Source of the DNA: Acidobacteriota bacterium
GTDB lineage: Bacteria > Acidobacteriota > UBA6911 > RPQK01 > JAJDTT01
Length of the DNA: 64,000 bases
Assembly (NCBI GenBank): GCA_965209055.1
Contig: OZ242374.1
Coordinates: 1,248,001-1,312,000, forward strand
Direction of reading: 5' to 3'
The position numbers and the translations under genes were made by a program. Below the pieces are notes generated by a model. It saw only the letters and a program-made list of their open reading frames with translations, made no database searches and was not told the DNA's origin. The number at the start of each line of letters is the position of its first letter. Within the stretch, counting starts at the first letter, position 1. Below, piece after piece: positions 18,434 to 27,866 of this stretch.

Positions 18434-18925
18434 ATGGTCGGATACTACACTGACGACGAACTCCGACAACTTCGTGAGCTTCGTAAGAAGGTTACGAATC
18501 CAGGAGCCCGCTGGTCCGAGAAGCCTTCACGAAGTCCGGTCCACAAGCAGCGTACCTTCCAAGCAAGGGGAACCACTTCAGACGGCCGAGAATACCGCTT
18601 CCTGGTCTATCAGCGGGAAAATCTTCGCGACAAGCTCAGTTACTCCTGCGGGATCGTCTACCTGCCGCCAGGTGGTCCGCGGCTCACGCTGGCCCGGTAC
18701 AATGGGCCGAGCCATCAGCATGGAGACATCCGTTACAAACCTCACATTCATCGAACCACGGAGGCTGCCATCTCGGCGGGAAGGAAACCAGAACACGCGG
18801 CCGAAGGAACTCTGCGCTACAACACCCTTGAGGGTGCGCTCGCATGTCTAATCGAAGATTTTAGCCTGTCTGGAGTACGCGCCAGACGCGATCATCCGAG
18901 CTTGTTCAATGGCCATCAATCCTGA
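18434..18925 (+). CDS. Hypothetical protein with His-rich motif (DUF6978/DUF6516-like)
   Basis: LARYNGPSHQH...PHIH motif; overlaps the downstream DUF1828-like gene. Confidence 0.6.
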   Translation: MVGYYTDDELRQLRELRKKVTNPGARWSEKPSRSPVHKQRTFQARGTTSDGREYRFLVYQRENLRDKLSYSCGIVYLPPGGPRLTLARYNGPSHQHGDIRYKPHIHRTTEAAISAGRKPEHAAEGTLRYNTLEGALACLIEDFSLSGVRARRDHPSLFNGHQS

Positions 18926-19688
18926 CGACATCCAGCGGCGACTCTGCGACCAGCTCTGCGCGGTCGTTCGCGTGGAGCAACGTTCCGATGGCGAGCTCAT
19001 GCTCGCTACTGATTTCGAGTTCCCCGATGGGGACCGCTACCCGATCTACCTGTCGGAAACCCCGGGCGGCGTCCGCCTATCCGACAGGGGCGACACGTTG
19101 ATGCGCATAAGCTACGATCATGATATCGAGGCCTTCCTTGCCGGAAGTCGCGGGCTCCTTATCGAGCGCATTCTCGGTGAGGAACGAGTGGACCAAACCC
19201 GAGGCATATTCTACCTGGATACACCCACCGACCGTCTTTCTAGTGCCCTCTTTCGGTACGGCCGCGCCCTCACCCGGATTTACGACCTCACTCTCCACTC
19301 GCGGTCACGGGCCGTCACCACGTTTTACGATGACCTCGCGGACCTAATCCTCCAGACAGCCGAGGAAGAACAGATCCAGCGCGATCACCTTCTGCCCGAC
19401 ATTCCGAACTCGGAGGCCTATCCGATCGATTATCGATTTGAGGGGAAGAGTGGTGGACAGGTTTTCCTGTATGGAATTCCGAATCGAGACAAGGCCCGTC
19501 TGACCACGATCATCCTGTCCCACTTTCACCGAATTCACTTGGATTTCGACTCGATTCTAGTGTTCAACGATCAGGCCGAAATCCCCCGGATGGACTTGGC
19601 TAGACTCTCGGATGTGGGAGGAGACCAAGTCTCGTCGCTAGCGTCGATTGAAGACCTGCGCCGAAAGATGGAACGGCGAATCGCGTAA
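18909..19688 (+). CDS. DUF1828/DUF1829-like protein with a possible C-terminal PD-(D/E)XK-like domain
   Basis: TDFEFPDGDRYPIYL, VRLSDRGDTLMRISY, TFYDDL and YPIDYRF blocks. Confidence 0.7.
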   Translation: MAINPDDIQRRLCDQLCAVVRVEQRSDGELMLATDFEFPDGDRYPIYLSETPGGVRLSDRGDTLMRISYDHDIEAFLAGSRGLLIERILGEERVDQTRGIFYLDTPTDRLSSALFRYGRALTRIYDLTLHSRSRAVTTFYDDLADLILQTAEEEQIQRDHLLPDIPNSEAYPIDYRFEGKSGGQVFLYGIPNRDKARLTTIILSHFHRIHLDFDSILVFNDQAEIPRMDLARLSDVGGDQVSSLASIEDLRRKMERRIA

Positions 19689-20134
19689 TTCCGGCGGGGT
19701 GACGACGCAGACTGGACTTGAGGAACCTCGGGATGCTGAGGAACCGACCAGATGGTCTATGGAGCCACACCAGAACTTCACAAACGAAGCTTGATTGTTG
19801 CTCGTAAAGCGACTGCAACACCCCAAGCATAGTTGTTGATACCGGCCAGTGTGTTTTCCGCCCCGCCGCGAGGCGCTGGCGACCCTCGCACCACCCAGAT
19901 CGACGACCGGAACCGCCGACACGCCGAACTCTCCATAGCGATCCATCCCGCCGTCGGTCGAAGACTTCGTGAGCCTTTCGCTGCCGAAGGAACCGTGTCG
20001 TGAGAGTCGCAAGGGTTCTCGATGGCTATTGACACACCCAAGACTCTTCCATTTGGGAGTTCATGACGGTACGGTTGTTTCCCACCCTGTCTGCTACCTC
20101 AGCGGTCAATTCCCCGGACATTCAGGGGGAAAAC

Positions 20135-20196
20135 CTGACTGTCCCCATCCCGTGTTTCCGCGCGTCTCGACGCGACGTGACTGTCCCCGTCTCGCG
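20135..20196 (+). repeat. Two copies of the GACTGTCCCC motif (20135-20146; 20177-20188 followed by GTCTCGCG)
   Basis: CTGACTGTCCCC and GTGACTGTCCCCGTCTCGCG, 42 nt apart. Confidence 0.72.
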
Positions 20197-20257
20197 ACGA
20201 ACGGTTACGCGCCAGGACTACCTCGGCTTCGCGCTGGGCGTTGTGAAACAACGAAGG

Positions 20258-21751
20258 TCAGAATGTAGCCCGCAGCCCGGGTGAGCGCGGCTCGAGCATC
20301 ATGTGCAGACCGTAGCGCGGGCGAAGGGTAATCCCGCCTTGCGCTTCAACCCGGTGTCCGGGCGCCATACGCAGGCGATAGGCGCGGGCGATGGTGGCAA
20401 GCACCATGCACGCCTCCATCATGGCAAAGCCCCTACCGATACAGATGCGCGGACCGCCGCCGAAGGGCAAATACGCGAAACGATGACGTGCCTTGACCCG
20501 ATCAGGTGTGAACCGCTCGGGATCGAAGCGTAGCGGATCCTCCCACAGCCTCGGATTGCGGTGGGTGAGGTAGGGACTGATCGTCACCACGCTGCCGGCA
20601 CGAATGGCGTGCCCCCCGACCTCGTCGTCCGCGACCGCCACGCGATTGAAAGCGTGGCCCGGCGGAAACAACCGCATCGCCTCCTGGATGACCATTCGGG
20701 TATAGGGCAGCGCTTGGACGTCAGCGAACGTCGTCTCCCCTTCGCCCAGCACACGGTCCACCTCGTCGTGCAGCGCGCGTTCGATGCCGGGATGTCGCGA
20801 CAGCAGGTACAGCGTCCACGTTAGGGCCAGCGCCGTCGTCTCATGTCCGGCGGAGAAGAACGTGAGGACCTCGTTGCGGAGCTGCCGGTCCGTCATCCCC
20901 TCGCCGGTCTCGTCGTCGCGCGCGGCGAGGAGCAAACCCAACAGATCTTCAGGACCGTGCTGGGTGGCGCGTCGTGAAGCGATGATGCCGTAGACCATCC
21001 GGTCGAGCCGAGCCAGCGCTGAGCGGGTGCGGTGCGAGCGCCATCGTGGGATCCATGCCGGGAGGCCGAGAAGGTCGAGCGGATTCGGCGTGCCCAGGGA
21101 CGCAAGGAGTGTCGTCATCGCCCGCCCCAGCTCATCTATCGAGTTGGCAATCTGGCTGGAGAACAGCGCCTCGGCGACGATCTCCATCGTGAGCGACATC
21201 ATTTCGTGGGCGATGTCGAGGCGTTCTCCCCTCTCACACGGCATGCGCCAGCGTTCGATGCGCTGCCGCGCGCGACGCACCATCACATGGGCTACCTGCG
21301 CAAGGTGCTGGTGATGGAAGGCGGGGGCCATGATGCGGCGCTGGCGGCGCCAGAAGTCGCCCTCGCTGATCACCAGGTTGTTGCCCAGAGCCCACTCAAG
21401 AATCTGGCGGGCGAGGTGTCCCTTGACATAGTTCTGGCGGTTGGTGACGAGGATGCGCTCGATGAAATCGGGTTCATTGAGGAGAACGAAGTTGTGAAAA
21501 AGAAGCCGTACTTCGCTGAAGTCGGCGACGAAAGAGTCGCGGGTGTACACGGACAGTTGGTTGTCGCGCAGCAAACGGAGGAACTGGATCAGCTTGACTC
21601 TCTCAGCCAGCGGTTCGGGTACAACGCCTGGTTCATAGGCGACTGCGGGGTGAACTGCCGTCATCGTCGCGTCAACTCCATCTGGACGGCTGGAGCCTCC
21701 AGAAGCAGCGTGTTGCCCCGCTTCCTCGGGACGAGCCGAATGAGTCTTCAC
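20258..21751 (-). CDS. Cytochrome P450
   Basis: AGHETT (I-helix), EAMR (ExxR), FDPERF and FGGGPRICIG heme-binding motif; the true start may be ATG 21664. Confidence 0.93.
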   Translation of the reverse strand: MKTHSARPEEAGQHAASGGSSRPDGVDATMTAVHPAVAYEPGVVPEPLAERVKLIQFLRLLRDNQLSVYTRDSFVADFSEVRLLFHNFVLLNEPDFIERILVTNRQNYVKGHLARQILEWALGNNLVISEGDFWRRQRRIMAPAFHHQHLAQVAHVMVRRARQRIERWRMPCERGERLDIAHEMMSLTMEIVAEALFSSQIANSIDELGRAMTTLLASLGTPNPLDLLGLPAWIPRWRSHRTRSALARLDRMVYGIIASRRATQHGPEDLLGLLLAARDDETGEGMTDRQLRNEVLTFFSAGHETTALALTWTLYLLSRHPGIERALHDEVDRVLGEGETTFADVQALPYTRMVIQEAMRLFPPGHAFNRVAVADDEVGGHAIRAGSVVTISPYLTHRNPRLWEDPLRFDPERFTPDRVKARHRFAYLPFGGGPRICIGRGFAMMEACMVLATIARAYRLRMAPGHRVEAQGGITLRPRYGLHMMLEPRSPGLRATF

Positions 21752-21933
21752 ATTGTAATTTAGTCGGGAACCAGGATCACGTCAGGCAGCCGACCGGCGA
21801 AGCGCAACGCGACCCGGTGCCGGGCAATAGGAAATGGTGGACTCCATTTCGCCGTGAATGCGAGCGGCCTCTCCGGCGCGAGCGGCCTACAAGGGGAAGG
21901 GTCGGCAACCGGGCGGTCGGGGGGCAAGCCGTC

Positions 21934-22005
21934 TGCCGCGCGCCCGAGAAAGTGACTGTCCCCGTCTCGTGCCGCGTGCCCGAGAAAGTGACTGTCCCCG
22001 TCTCG
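21934..22005 (+). repeat. 36-bp tandem duplication carrying two hairpin motif copies
   Basis: TGCCGCG(C/T)GCCCGAGAAAGTGACTGTCCCCGTCTCG twice, with one mismatch. Confidence 0.85.
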
Positions 22006-22023
22006 TTTGCCAGACTGTCGAGC

Positions 22024-22488
22024 ATGAAAGACCTGCAGGTACGGACTGAACCCATTCGGATCGAAGCACCGGTCGGATTGGTCTGGCAGGTTCTGACGGA
22101 CGTTGAAAGATACGGCGAGTGGAATCCGTTCACACCGCATGTACGGACCGATTTCGAGATCGGTTCGCCAGCCCATCTGCTGGTCAGGATGGGGCCGGCG
22201 AAGGTGCGAATCACCGAGACCGTCTCCGCGTTCGAAGCACCCCGGCTCATTGCTTGGGGCAAGGTATTCGGAGCGCGCTGGCTCCTGGCTGCATTGCGGG
22301 AGCAGCATCTGGAACCCGTGAGCGAGACGAGCTGCCGTTACCACAACACGGACCGATTGACCGGTCTGCTTGCGCCGCTGGTGTTGCTTTGTTCCGGCGG
22401 TTATATGCGTACCGGTTTCACCGATGTCGGGCAGGGGTTGAGGCGTCAATCGGAGGCGCTTTACAAGAAGTCGAAGCCACGTGGCTGA
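22024..22488 (+). CDS. SRPBCC (START/polyketide cyclase) domain protein
   Basis: IRIEAPVGLVWQVLTDVERYGEWNPF signature; start ATG 22024. Confidence 0.8.
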   Translation: MKDLQVRTEPIRIEAPVGLVWQVLTDVERYGEWNPFTPHVRTDFEIGSPAHLLVRMGPAKVRITETVSAFEAPRLIAWGKVFGARWLLAALREQHLEPVSETSCRYHNTDRLTGLLAPLVLLCSGGYMRTGFTDVGQGLRRQSEALYKKSKPRG

Positions 22489-22586
22489 CGATTCTCGAAG
22501 GGAAGCACCGAGTGCTCGAAGCGCATGGCAACCTGCAGGCCGGTTGCAAACGCATCGTCAAGCAGGGCACCTTCGGGGGATGAGAT

Positions 22587-22663
22587 TGGTGGAGACGATG
22601 GGATTCGAACCCACGACCTCCTGAGTGCGATTCAGGCGCTCTTCCGAGCTGAGCTACGTCCCC
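22587..22663 (-). tRNA. tRNA-Ala(CGC)
   Basis: GGGGACG/CGTCTCC acceptor stem with G3:U70, anticodon arm CCTGA-ATCGCAC-TCAGG, GTTCGAATC T-loop, encoded CCA. Confidence 0.95.
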
Positions 22664-22701
22664 ACCTGAGAGGGTGGCTATCTTACCAGAAAGGGGAATC
22701 C

Positions 22702-23703
22702 CTACAGGTAGTCCGACGCGCAAGGGTACCCGGGAAGCGGCTCCGCGTGGAGGACGGCGCGGACCACGGCTCTGGCGGTGACCTGGGCGGCCAGAGCCCC
22801 CACGAGACCCAGTTCCTGCCCTCGAACCGATTCGGTTGAAAGGGCGAAAACGGTATCTCCGTCCGACGGCATGTGCACCGGACGGATGGTCCGGGCCAGT
22901 CCGTCGTGGGCCATCTGGGCAATCTTGGTCAGGGACGCCTTGTCGAACTCGGCGTTGGTGGCGACCACGCCCAAGGTCGTGTTCTCGCCCTCGCGGGAGC
23001 GGCGCTTAGGAAGTCCCCGTTCCTTCAGGACCGCCATGGTGTCGGCGAATCCTCTCCCGCCGGCGCCGCGGGCACCGGCAAGGATTCTGCCGGTCTCCGG
23101 ATCGAGGACGTCACCCACCGAGTTGACCGCCACCAGGGCCGCCACCACGAGAGGTCCCGTCCGGATGGCCGCCGAACCCAGGCCGCCTTTCATGGCGCGT
23201 TCGTGACCCAGTATTTTGCCTACGGTAGCCCCGGCTCCCGCGCCGGCGTTGCCCTCGGGGACCGGTCCGGCCGCGGCGTTCCGGCAGGCTTGGCGTCCCA
23301 ATTCGGGACCCGGGCGGACGGATGCGTCTCCCAGCGCCAGGTCGAAGAGGATGGCCGACGGCACGATGGGAACCCGGGCCACCGGCGTCTGGTACCCCAC
23401 CCCCCGTTGCTCCAGGTACCGGACCACTCCGGAGGCCGCGTCCAGACCGAAGGCGCTGCCGCCGGAGAGCACCAGGGCGTGGATGCGCTTCACGGAGCGC
23501 ACCGGGTCCAGCAGGGCGGTTTCGCGGGTGCCGGGAGCGGAGCCGCGAATGTCCACTCCGGCCATCACTTCCCGTTCCGGGAGGACGACGGTGACTCCCG
23601 TGGGCCGCCGCGGGTCTACGGCGTGTCCGACCCGGATGCCTTCGATATCCGTGAGGCCGCCCTCGTAGGCGGGGGACCCTGATGAATGCGAATCACTGCT
23701 CAT
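22702..23703 (-). CDS. P1/S58 family peptidase (DmpA-like L-aminopeptidase/D-esterase)
   Basis: LTDIEGIRVGH, GSAPGTRET, LSGGSAFGL, ENTTLGVVATNA and DGDTVFALST motifs. Confidence 0.88.
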   Translation of the reverse strand: MSSDSHSSGSPAYEGGLTDIEGIRVGHAVDPRRPTGVTVVLPEREVMAGVDIRGSAPGTRETALLDPVRSVKRIHALVLSGGSAFGLDAASGVVRYLEQRGVGYQTPVARVPIVPSAILFDLALGDASVRPGPELGRQACRNAAAGPVPEGNAGAGAGATVGKILGHERAMKGGLGSAAIRTGPLVVAALVAVNSVGDVLDPETGRILAGARGAGGRGFADTMAVLKERGLPKRRSREGENTTLGVVATNAEFDKASLTKIAQMAHDGLARTIRPVHMPSDGDTVFALSTESVRGQELGLVGALAAQVTARAVVRAVLHAEPLPGYPCASDYL

Positions 23704-23726
23704 GCCGGAAGTGGATCAATGCAGGT

Positions 23727-24136
<410 letters not shown>

Positions 24137-24144
24137 CCGGCGAC

Positions 24145-24153
24145 ATTCTATCA
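24145..24153 (-). promoter_or_regulatory. Extended -10 (TGaTAGAAT) for rnpB
   Basis: Lies about 8 nt upstream of the P1 helix start. Confidence 0.55.
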
Positions 24154-24232
24154 CCGGAAGATCAGATGGAACCCGCTTGACCCGGCCGCCTCGACCTGCC
24201 CACCCGCAAAATCCCGCGGATCGGGCACGCGG

Positions 24233-25120
24233 CTACCGGCTCCGGATCAGCCCCCGCCCCACGGCGCCCGCCTCCAGCCCGATGAGTTCGCCGTAGACCC
24301 GGCCGAACTTGACCTCGGCCTCGAACTTGACGGGAACTCGAAGACGGTCCCGCGAGTACCAGACCCGGAGCGTCCTGCCCTTGGAGAGGATTCCCTCCTC
24401 GACCCGGAGCCGGACCGTGTCGAAAGCCCCGACCCGGAGTTCGACTCGCTCCGTTTCCTCCACCCGGACCAGCATCTCCTTGAACTTGCCGCGCTGGGCC
24501 AGATGCGCACGGTATCGGCTCCCGTCCTCCAGCCGATGGAGCCGCGCCACGTAGATGACCGAAAGCAGGTCCGCGACCGGCCCCGGTATCCCATCGGAAG
24601 TGCGGTTGTGAAGCTCCCGCGGCGGATCTTCTGACACGTCCAGATCACGGAAGAACGCGGTGTCCCTGCCGTAGTCGAAGACGGAGAGCAGATCGCGCTT
24701 GCGTCTTCCCTCGCGATGCTCCCGGAAAATCCGATAGGAATGGAAATTCCGGGCGTCGACAATGGACTCGAAACGATTCCGCACCGAGATCTTGGCGACT
24801 TCCGCCAGCCGGCCGGCCGATACGGCCTCCATGATGATGGTCCAGGCCGGCCTCTTTCGATACCGGGAACGTTTCACGGTGAAGGCCAACTCCCCCGCCT
24901 TGAAGGCCGGAGAGGCGAACAGGGGCTTCCAGTTGACCTCGTATCGCAGGCTCTCTCCGGCCTGGAAAGGGGCGCTGTAACGGGTCCCCCGGTCCAGGAG
25001 CGGACGTGGCGCCCCGGGCCCGGCCGGGAGCGGGAAGCAGTCAAGGGCGGGCGCCAGGATCAGGGGGAGGACCGGCAACAGGCGCGTCCACCGCCGGGAG
25101 TCGGGCATTGGGCGCTTCAT
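24233..25120 (-). CDS. DUF3108 domain secreted protein
   Basis: PFQAGESLRYEVNW, GAFDTVR and VWYSRDRLRVPVKFE; ATGA overlap with the upstream gene. Confidence 0.72.
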   Translation of the reverse strand: MKRPMPDSRRWTRLLPVLPLILAPALDCFPLPAGPGAPRPLLDRGTRYSAPFQAGESLRYEVNWKPLFASPAFKAGELAFTVKRSRYRKRPAWTIIMEAVSAGRLAEVAKISVRNRFESIVDARNFHSYRIFREHREGRRKRDLLSVFDYGRDTAFFRDLDVSEDPPRELHNRTSDGIPGPVADLLSVIYVARLHRLEDGSRYRAHLAQRGKFKEMLVRVEETERVELRVGAFDTVRLRVEEGILSKGRTLRVWYSRDRLRVPVKFEAEVKFGRVYGELIGLEAGAVGRGLIRSR

Positions 25121-25656
25121 CCCATTTTCCAGAAGAAAAAGATCGCTGCCAGGACCACCGAGATGAGGAAACGGTATTCCCGGTTCCGGAGAAAGAGCTT
25201 CCACTGGAAACCAGCGATCGCGTCGGCTCCGGCGGCGATGGGGCCCGGGAACCGAACCGGACAGAATCGGGGCACGCCGGCGGCATACCCGGCGTAGTCG
25301 TCCCCATAGTGGCTGAGCATTTCCCGCTCTTCACGAAGTATCACCGGCCAATAAACGCCCGGGAACAGGAGGAGATAGACCAGGAGCAGCCAAAGCTCCG
25401 CCGCCGCCACGGTGAAACCGAGCCCGGCCAGAAAGGACCCCAGGTAGAGAGGATTCCGGGTCAGGCGGTAGGGTCCCGTCCGCGCCACCCCGCGCCACTT
25501 GTCCAGGTGTCCCGAGGCCCAGAGGCGGATGCCGGCTCCCAGCGCCGCCAGCGGCATTCCGAGCCAGAACAGGTCATGACGCGGCTGGGCGAACACGAAG
25601 AGCAGGACCCCGAAGGCGAGACCCGCGGGAACCCGGATTCTCTGAACCACGGTCAT
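25117..25656 (-). CDS. ICMT/PEMT-family integral membrane methyltransferase (LmtA-like candidate)
   Basis: IRLWASGHL, TGPYRLTRNPLYLGS, EEREML and Y...VPRF motifs; translationally coupled to waaC. Confidence 0.78.
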   Translation of the reverse strand: MTVVQRIRVPAGLAFGVLLFVFAQPRHDLFWLGMPLAALGAGIRLWASGHLDKWRGVARTGPYRLTRNPLYLGSFLAGLGFTVAAAELWLLLVYLLLFPGVYWPVILREEREMLSHYGDDYAGYAAGVPRFCPVRFPGPIAAGADAIAGFQWKLFLRNREYRFLISVVLAAIFFFWKMG

Positions 25657-26762
25657 CGGGATGCCGGTCCTTCCACGGCCGCCGACAACCGCCGGCTCAC
25701 GGCCCGGAAGACCTGTTCCACGGAAATGTTCATGCAGATGAACTCCCCGCAGCTCCGCTTGTTGCAGTCCGAGCAGTAGAGGTAACGCTTGACGATCCGG
25801 TCTTCCGGGTGAAAGGGTCCGTTGCGCCGGGCGATGGAGGGACCCATCACCGCCACCGCCGGGGTTCCCAACGCCACCGCCAGATGCAGGGGACCCGTGT
25901 CCCCCGCCACCATCAGGCAGGCGCGCCGGCAGAGCGCCGCCAGTTCCAGGATCGTGGTGGGAAAGGTGACCACGGACCCGGGCCGGGAGCAGTCCCGGAT
26001 CTCCCGGACCAGTTCCTCCTCTCCCGGACCGTAGGTGATGAGCACGGGAAGATCCAGGCGCCGCCGGATCTCCGCGCCCAGACGGGCGAACCTGCGGGCG
26101 GGCCAGAGCTTGGTGGGCCATCCGGCGCCCGGATTCAACAGGACGGGCCGGACGTTGCCGACCGCCTGCAACCGGGAGTCGACATAACGCTTCGCCTCGG
26201 CGGGGATCCGAAAAGGCACCCGGGCCGTGGACTCTCCGGCGCAGCCCAACGACCCTGCCAGCTCCAGGTTCAGATCGATGACGTGGCCGATTCCGCTGGT
26301 CGGGACGGTGTCGGTATAGAAACCGGCCGCCGCCGGCTCGCGGCATCGTTCCCGGCAGAATCCCATCCGCCTCCCGGCGCCGGAAAGACGGGCCAGGAAT
26401 GCCGACTTGATCAGGCCCTGAAAGTCCAGCGCCAGGTCGAAGCGCTCCCGCCGCAAGGCCCGGACCAGGTGGACCAGATCCCATGCCGTCCGGGGCCGGC
26501 GCCGCCACCGCTTGGTGTCGGCGGTCCAGATTCGATGGATTCCGGGAACTGTCTTCAGCAGGCCGCGGTAGTGGGGCTCGACCAGCCAGTGAATCTCACA
26601 ATCGGGGAAGCGGCGGTGGATCTGCTGTTGGGCCGGCAGGGCGTGAACGATGTCGCCCAGCGCGCCCAACCGGACGATCAGGATCTTTTCCGGGCGGTTC
26701 AGCAAGGTGGAGGACGCGGGGCGGGTGCTGCCGGAAGCAACGGAAGAGATGTTTCGGAGCAT
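25653..26762 (-). CDS. waaC: LPS heptosyltransferase I (GT9)
   Basis: KILIVRLGALGDIVHALP, DFQGLIKSA, NPGAGWPTKLW and GDTGPLHLA motifs. Confidence 0.82.
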   Translation of the reverse strand: MLRNISSVASGSTRPASSTLLNRPEKILIVRLGALGDIVHALPAQQQIHRRFPDCEIHWLVEPHYRGLLKTVPGIHRIWTADTKRWRRRPRTAWDLVHLVRALRRERFDLALDFQGLIKSAFLARLSGAGRRMGFCRERCREPAAAGFYTDTVPTSGIGHVIDLNLELAGSLGCAGESTARVPFRIPAEAKRYVDSRLQAVGNVRPVLLNPGAGWPTKLWPARRFARLGAEIRRRLDLPVLITYGPGEEELVREIRDCSRPGSVVTFPTTILELAALCRRACLMVAGDTGPLHLAVALGTPAVAVMGPSIARRNGPFHPEDRIVKRYLYCSDCNKRSCGEFICMNISVEQVFRAVSRRLSAAVEGPASR

Positions 26763-26791
26763 AGGGCCCCTCAAGACGGAAGGCCATCGTA

Positions 26792-27844
26792 TCACGGGCG
26801 TCCGGGAGCCTGATTTCGGGTCAACAGCCTTCGGGCCGCCCGGTAGACCTCCCCGGAGTGAATTCGATCGAAACAGCGCAGGTCGATGGGACACTCCCGG
26901 AGCAGGCAGGGGCTGCACTCCACGTGCTTGTGGATGACGGTCGCCCTGGGGCTCAAGGGTCCCGTGGCCACTTCGTCGGTGGAACCGAATACCGCCACCA
27001 GCGGCACTCCCAGCGCCGCCGACAGGTGCATGGGACCCGAATCGTTTCCCAGAAACAACCGGCACCGGGCCAACACACCGATGAGGGCGGAGAGCGAGGT
27101 CCGTCCCACCAGGAATCGGGGAGTCTGTTTCATCTGCTCCCGGACCCGGACCGCAATCGGCGTCTCCGAACTGGAGCCCAGGAGCACGACCTCGGCGCCC
27201 ACCTCCTCGATCAGGCGATCAGCCACTTCCGCGTAGCGCTCCGGAAACCATCGCTTGGCGGAACCGAAGGCGGCTCCCGGATTCAGGCCCACCAAGGGCC
27301 TGCCGCTCTCGACGCCCGCCTCGCCGAGCAGGGAGTCGGCCGACTCCAGTTGCGCCCGGGAGGGCGTGAGATGGATGTCGGGCCGGAACGAAGAGTCTTC
27401 CAGGTAGTCGATGGAAGAGACGCCGGCCTGGAACAGCAGGTCCAGATAGTAGTAAGTCTGGTGACGGCCAAGGTCCTTGATTCGGGGGCGAACGCCTTGA
27501 GTCAGCAGGAGCCGCCGTCCGTCGGTGGTGTAGCCGATCCGGTTCGGAATGCGCGCCGTCAGCGCCAGCAGCGCCGCCTCGAACGCGTTCTGGAAGAGAA
27601 CCGCCGTATCGAATCCACGGAGACGCCGGCCCACACGGAATACTCCCCGCACCCCCAGGGACCGGTTCTCGAGCGTGACCACCTGATCCGCGATCCCTTG
27701 CCCTTCGAAGATCGGGGCCACCCATTCCCGGGCCAGGAGAGTCAGCCGGGCCTGGGGCTGCAGCCGGCGCAGCTCCCTCAGGGCCGCCAGCGACATGACG
27801 GCGTCTCCGATCCAGTTGGTGCAGCGAACCAGGACCTGCTTCAT
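26792..27844 (-). CDS. waaF: LPS heptosyltransferase II (GT9)
   Basis: TNWIGDAVMS, NPGAAFGSAKRW and NDSGPMHL motifs. Confidence 0.88.
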   Translation of the reverse strand: MKQVLVRCTNWIGDAVMSLAALRELRRLQPQARLTLLAREWVAPIFEGQGIADQVVTLENRSLGVRGVFRVGRRLRGFDTAVLFQNAFEAALLALTARIPNRIGYTTDGRRLLLTQGVRPRIKDLGRHQTYYYLDLLFQAGVSSIDYLEDSSFRPDIHLTPSRAQLESADSLLGEAGVESGRPLVGLNPGAAFGSAKRWFPERYAEVADRLIEEVGAEVVLLGSSSETPIAVRVREQMKQTPRFLVGRTSLSALIGVLARCRLFLGNDSGPMHLSAALGVPLVAVFGSTDEVATGPLSPRATVIHKHVECSPCLLRECPIDLRCFDRIHSGEVYRAARRLLTRNQAPGRP

Positions 27845-27866
27845 CGCTCCTGTCCGAGGCCCTCCT

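Larger units (their letters stand above)
15450..22560. mobile_element. Mosaic accessory island at the 3' end of tRNA-Ala, segmented by GACTGTCCC hairpin repeats
   Basis: Directly downstream of the tRNA 3' end; visibly lower-GC segments (about 18.3-20.1 kb), pseudogenes, a type I R-M remnant and a clustered repeat motif. No integrase or att duplication was found, so boundaries are approximate. Confidence 0.6.

Noticed and set aside
19690-20130. Short ORFs in the lower-GC spacer after the DUF1828-like gene
   Set aside because: No recognisable motifs in any frame; probably decayed DNA. A blastx search would be needed.
21934-22005. 36-bp repeats as a CRISPR array
   Set aside because: Only two directly adjacent units with no spacer, and no cas genes in the window.
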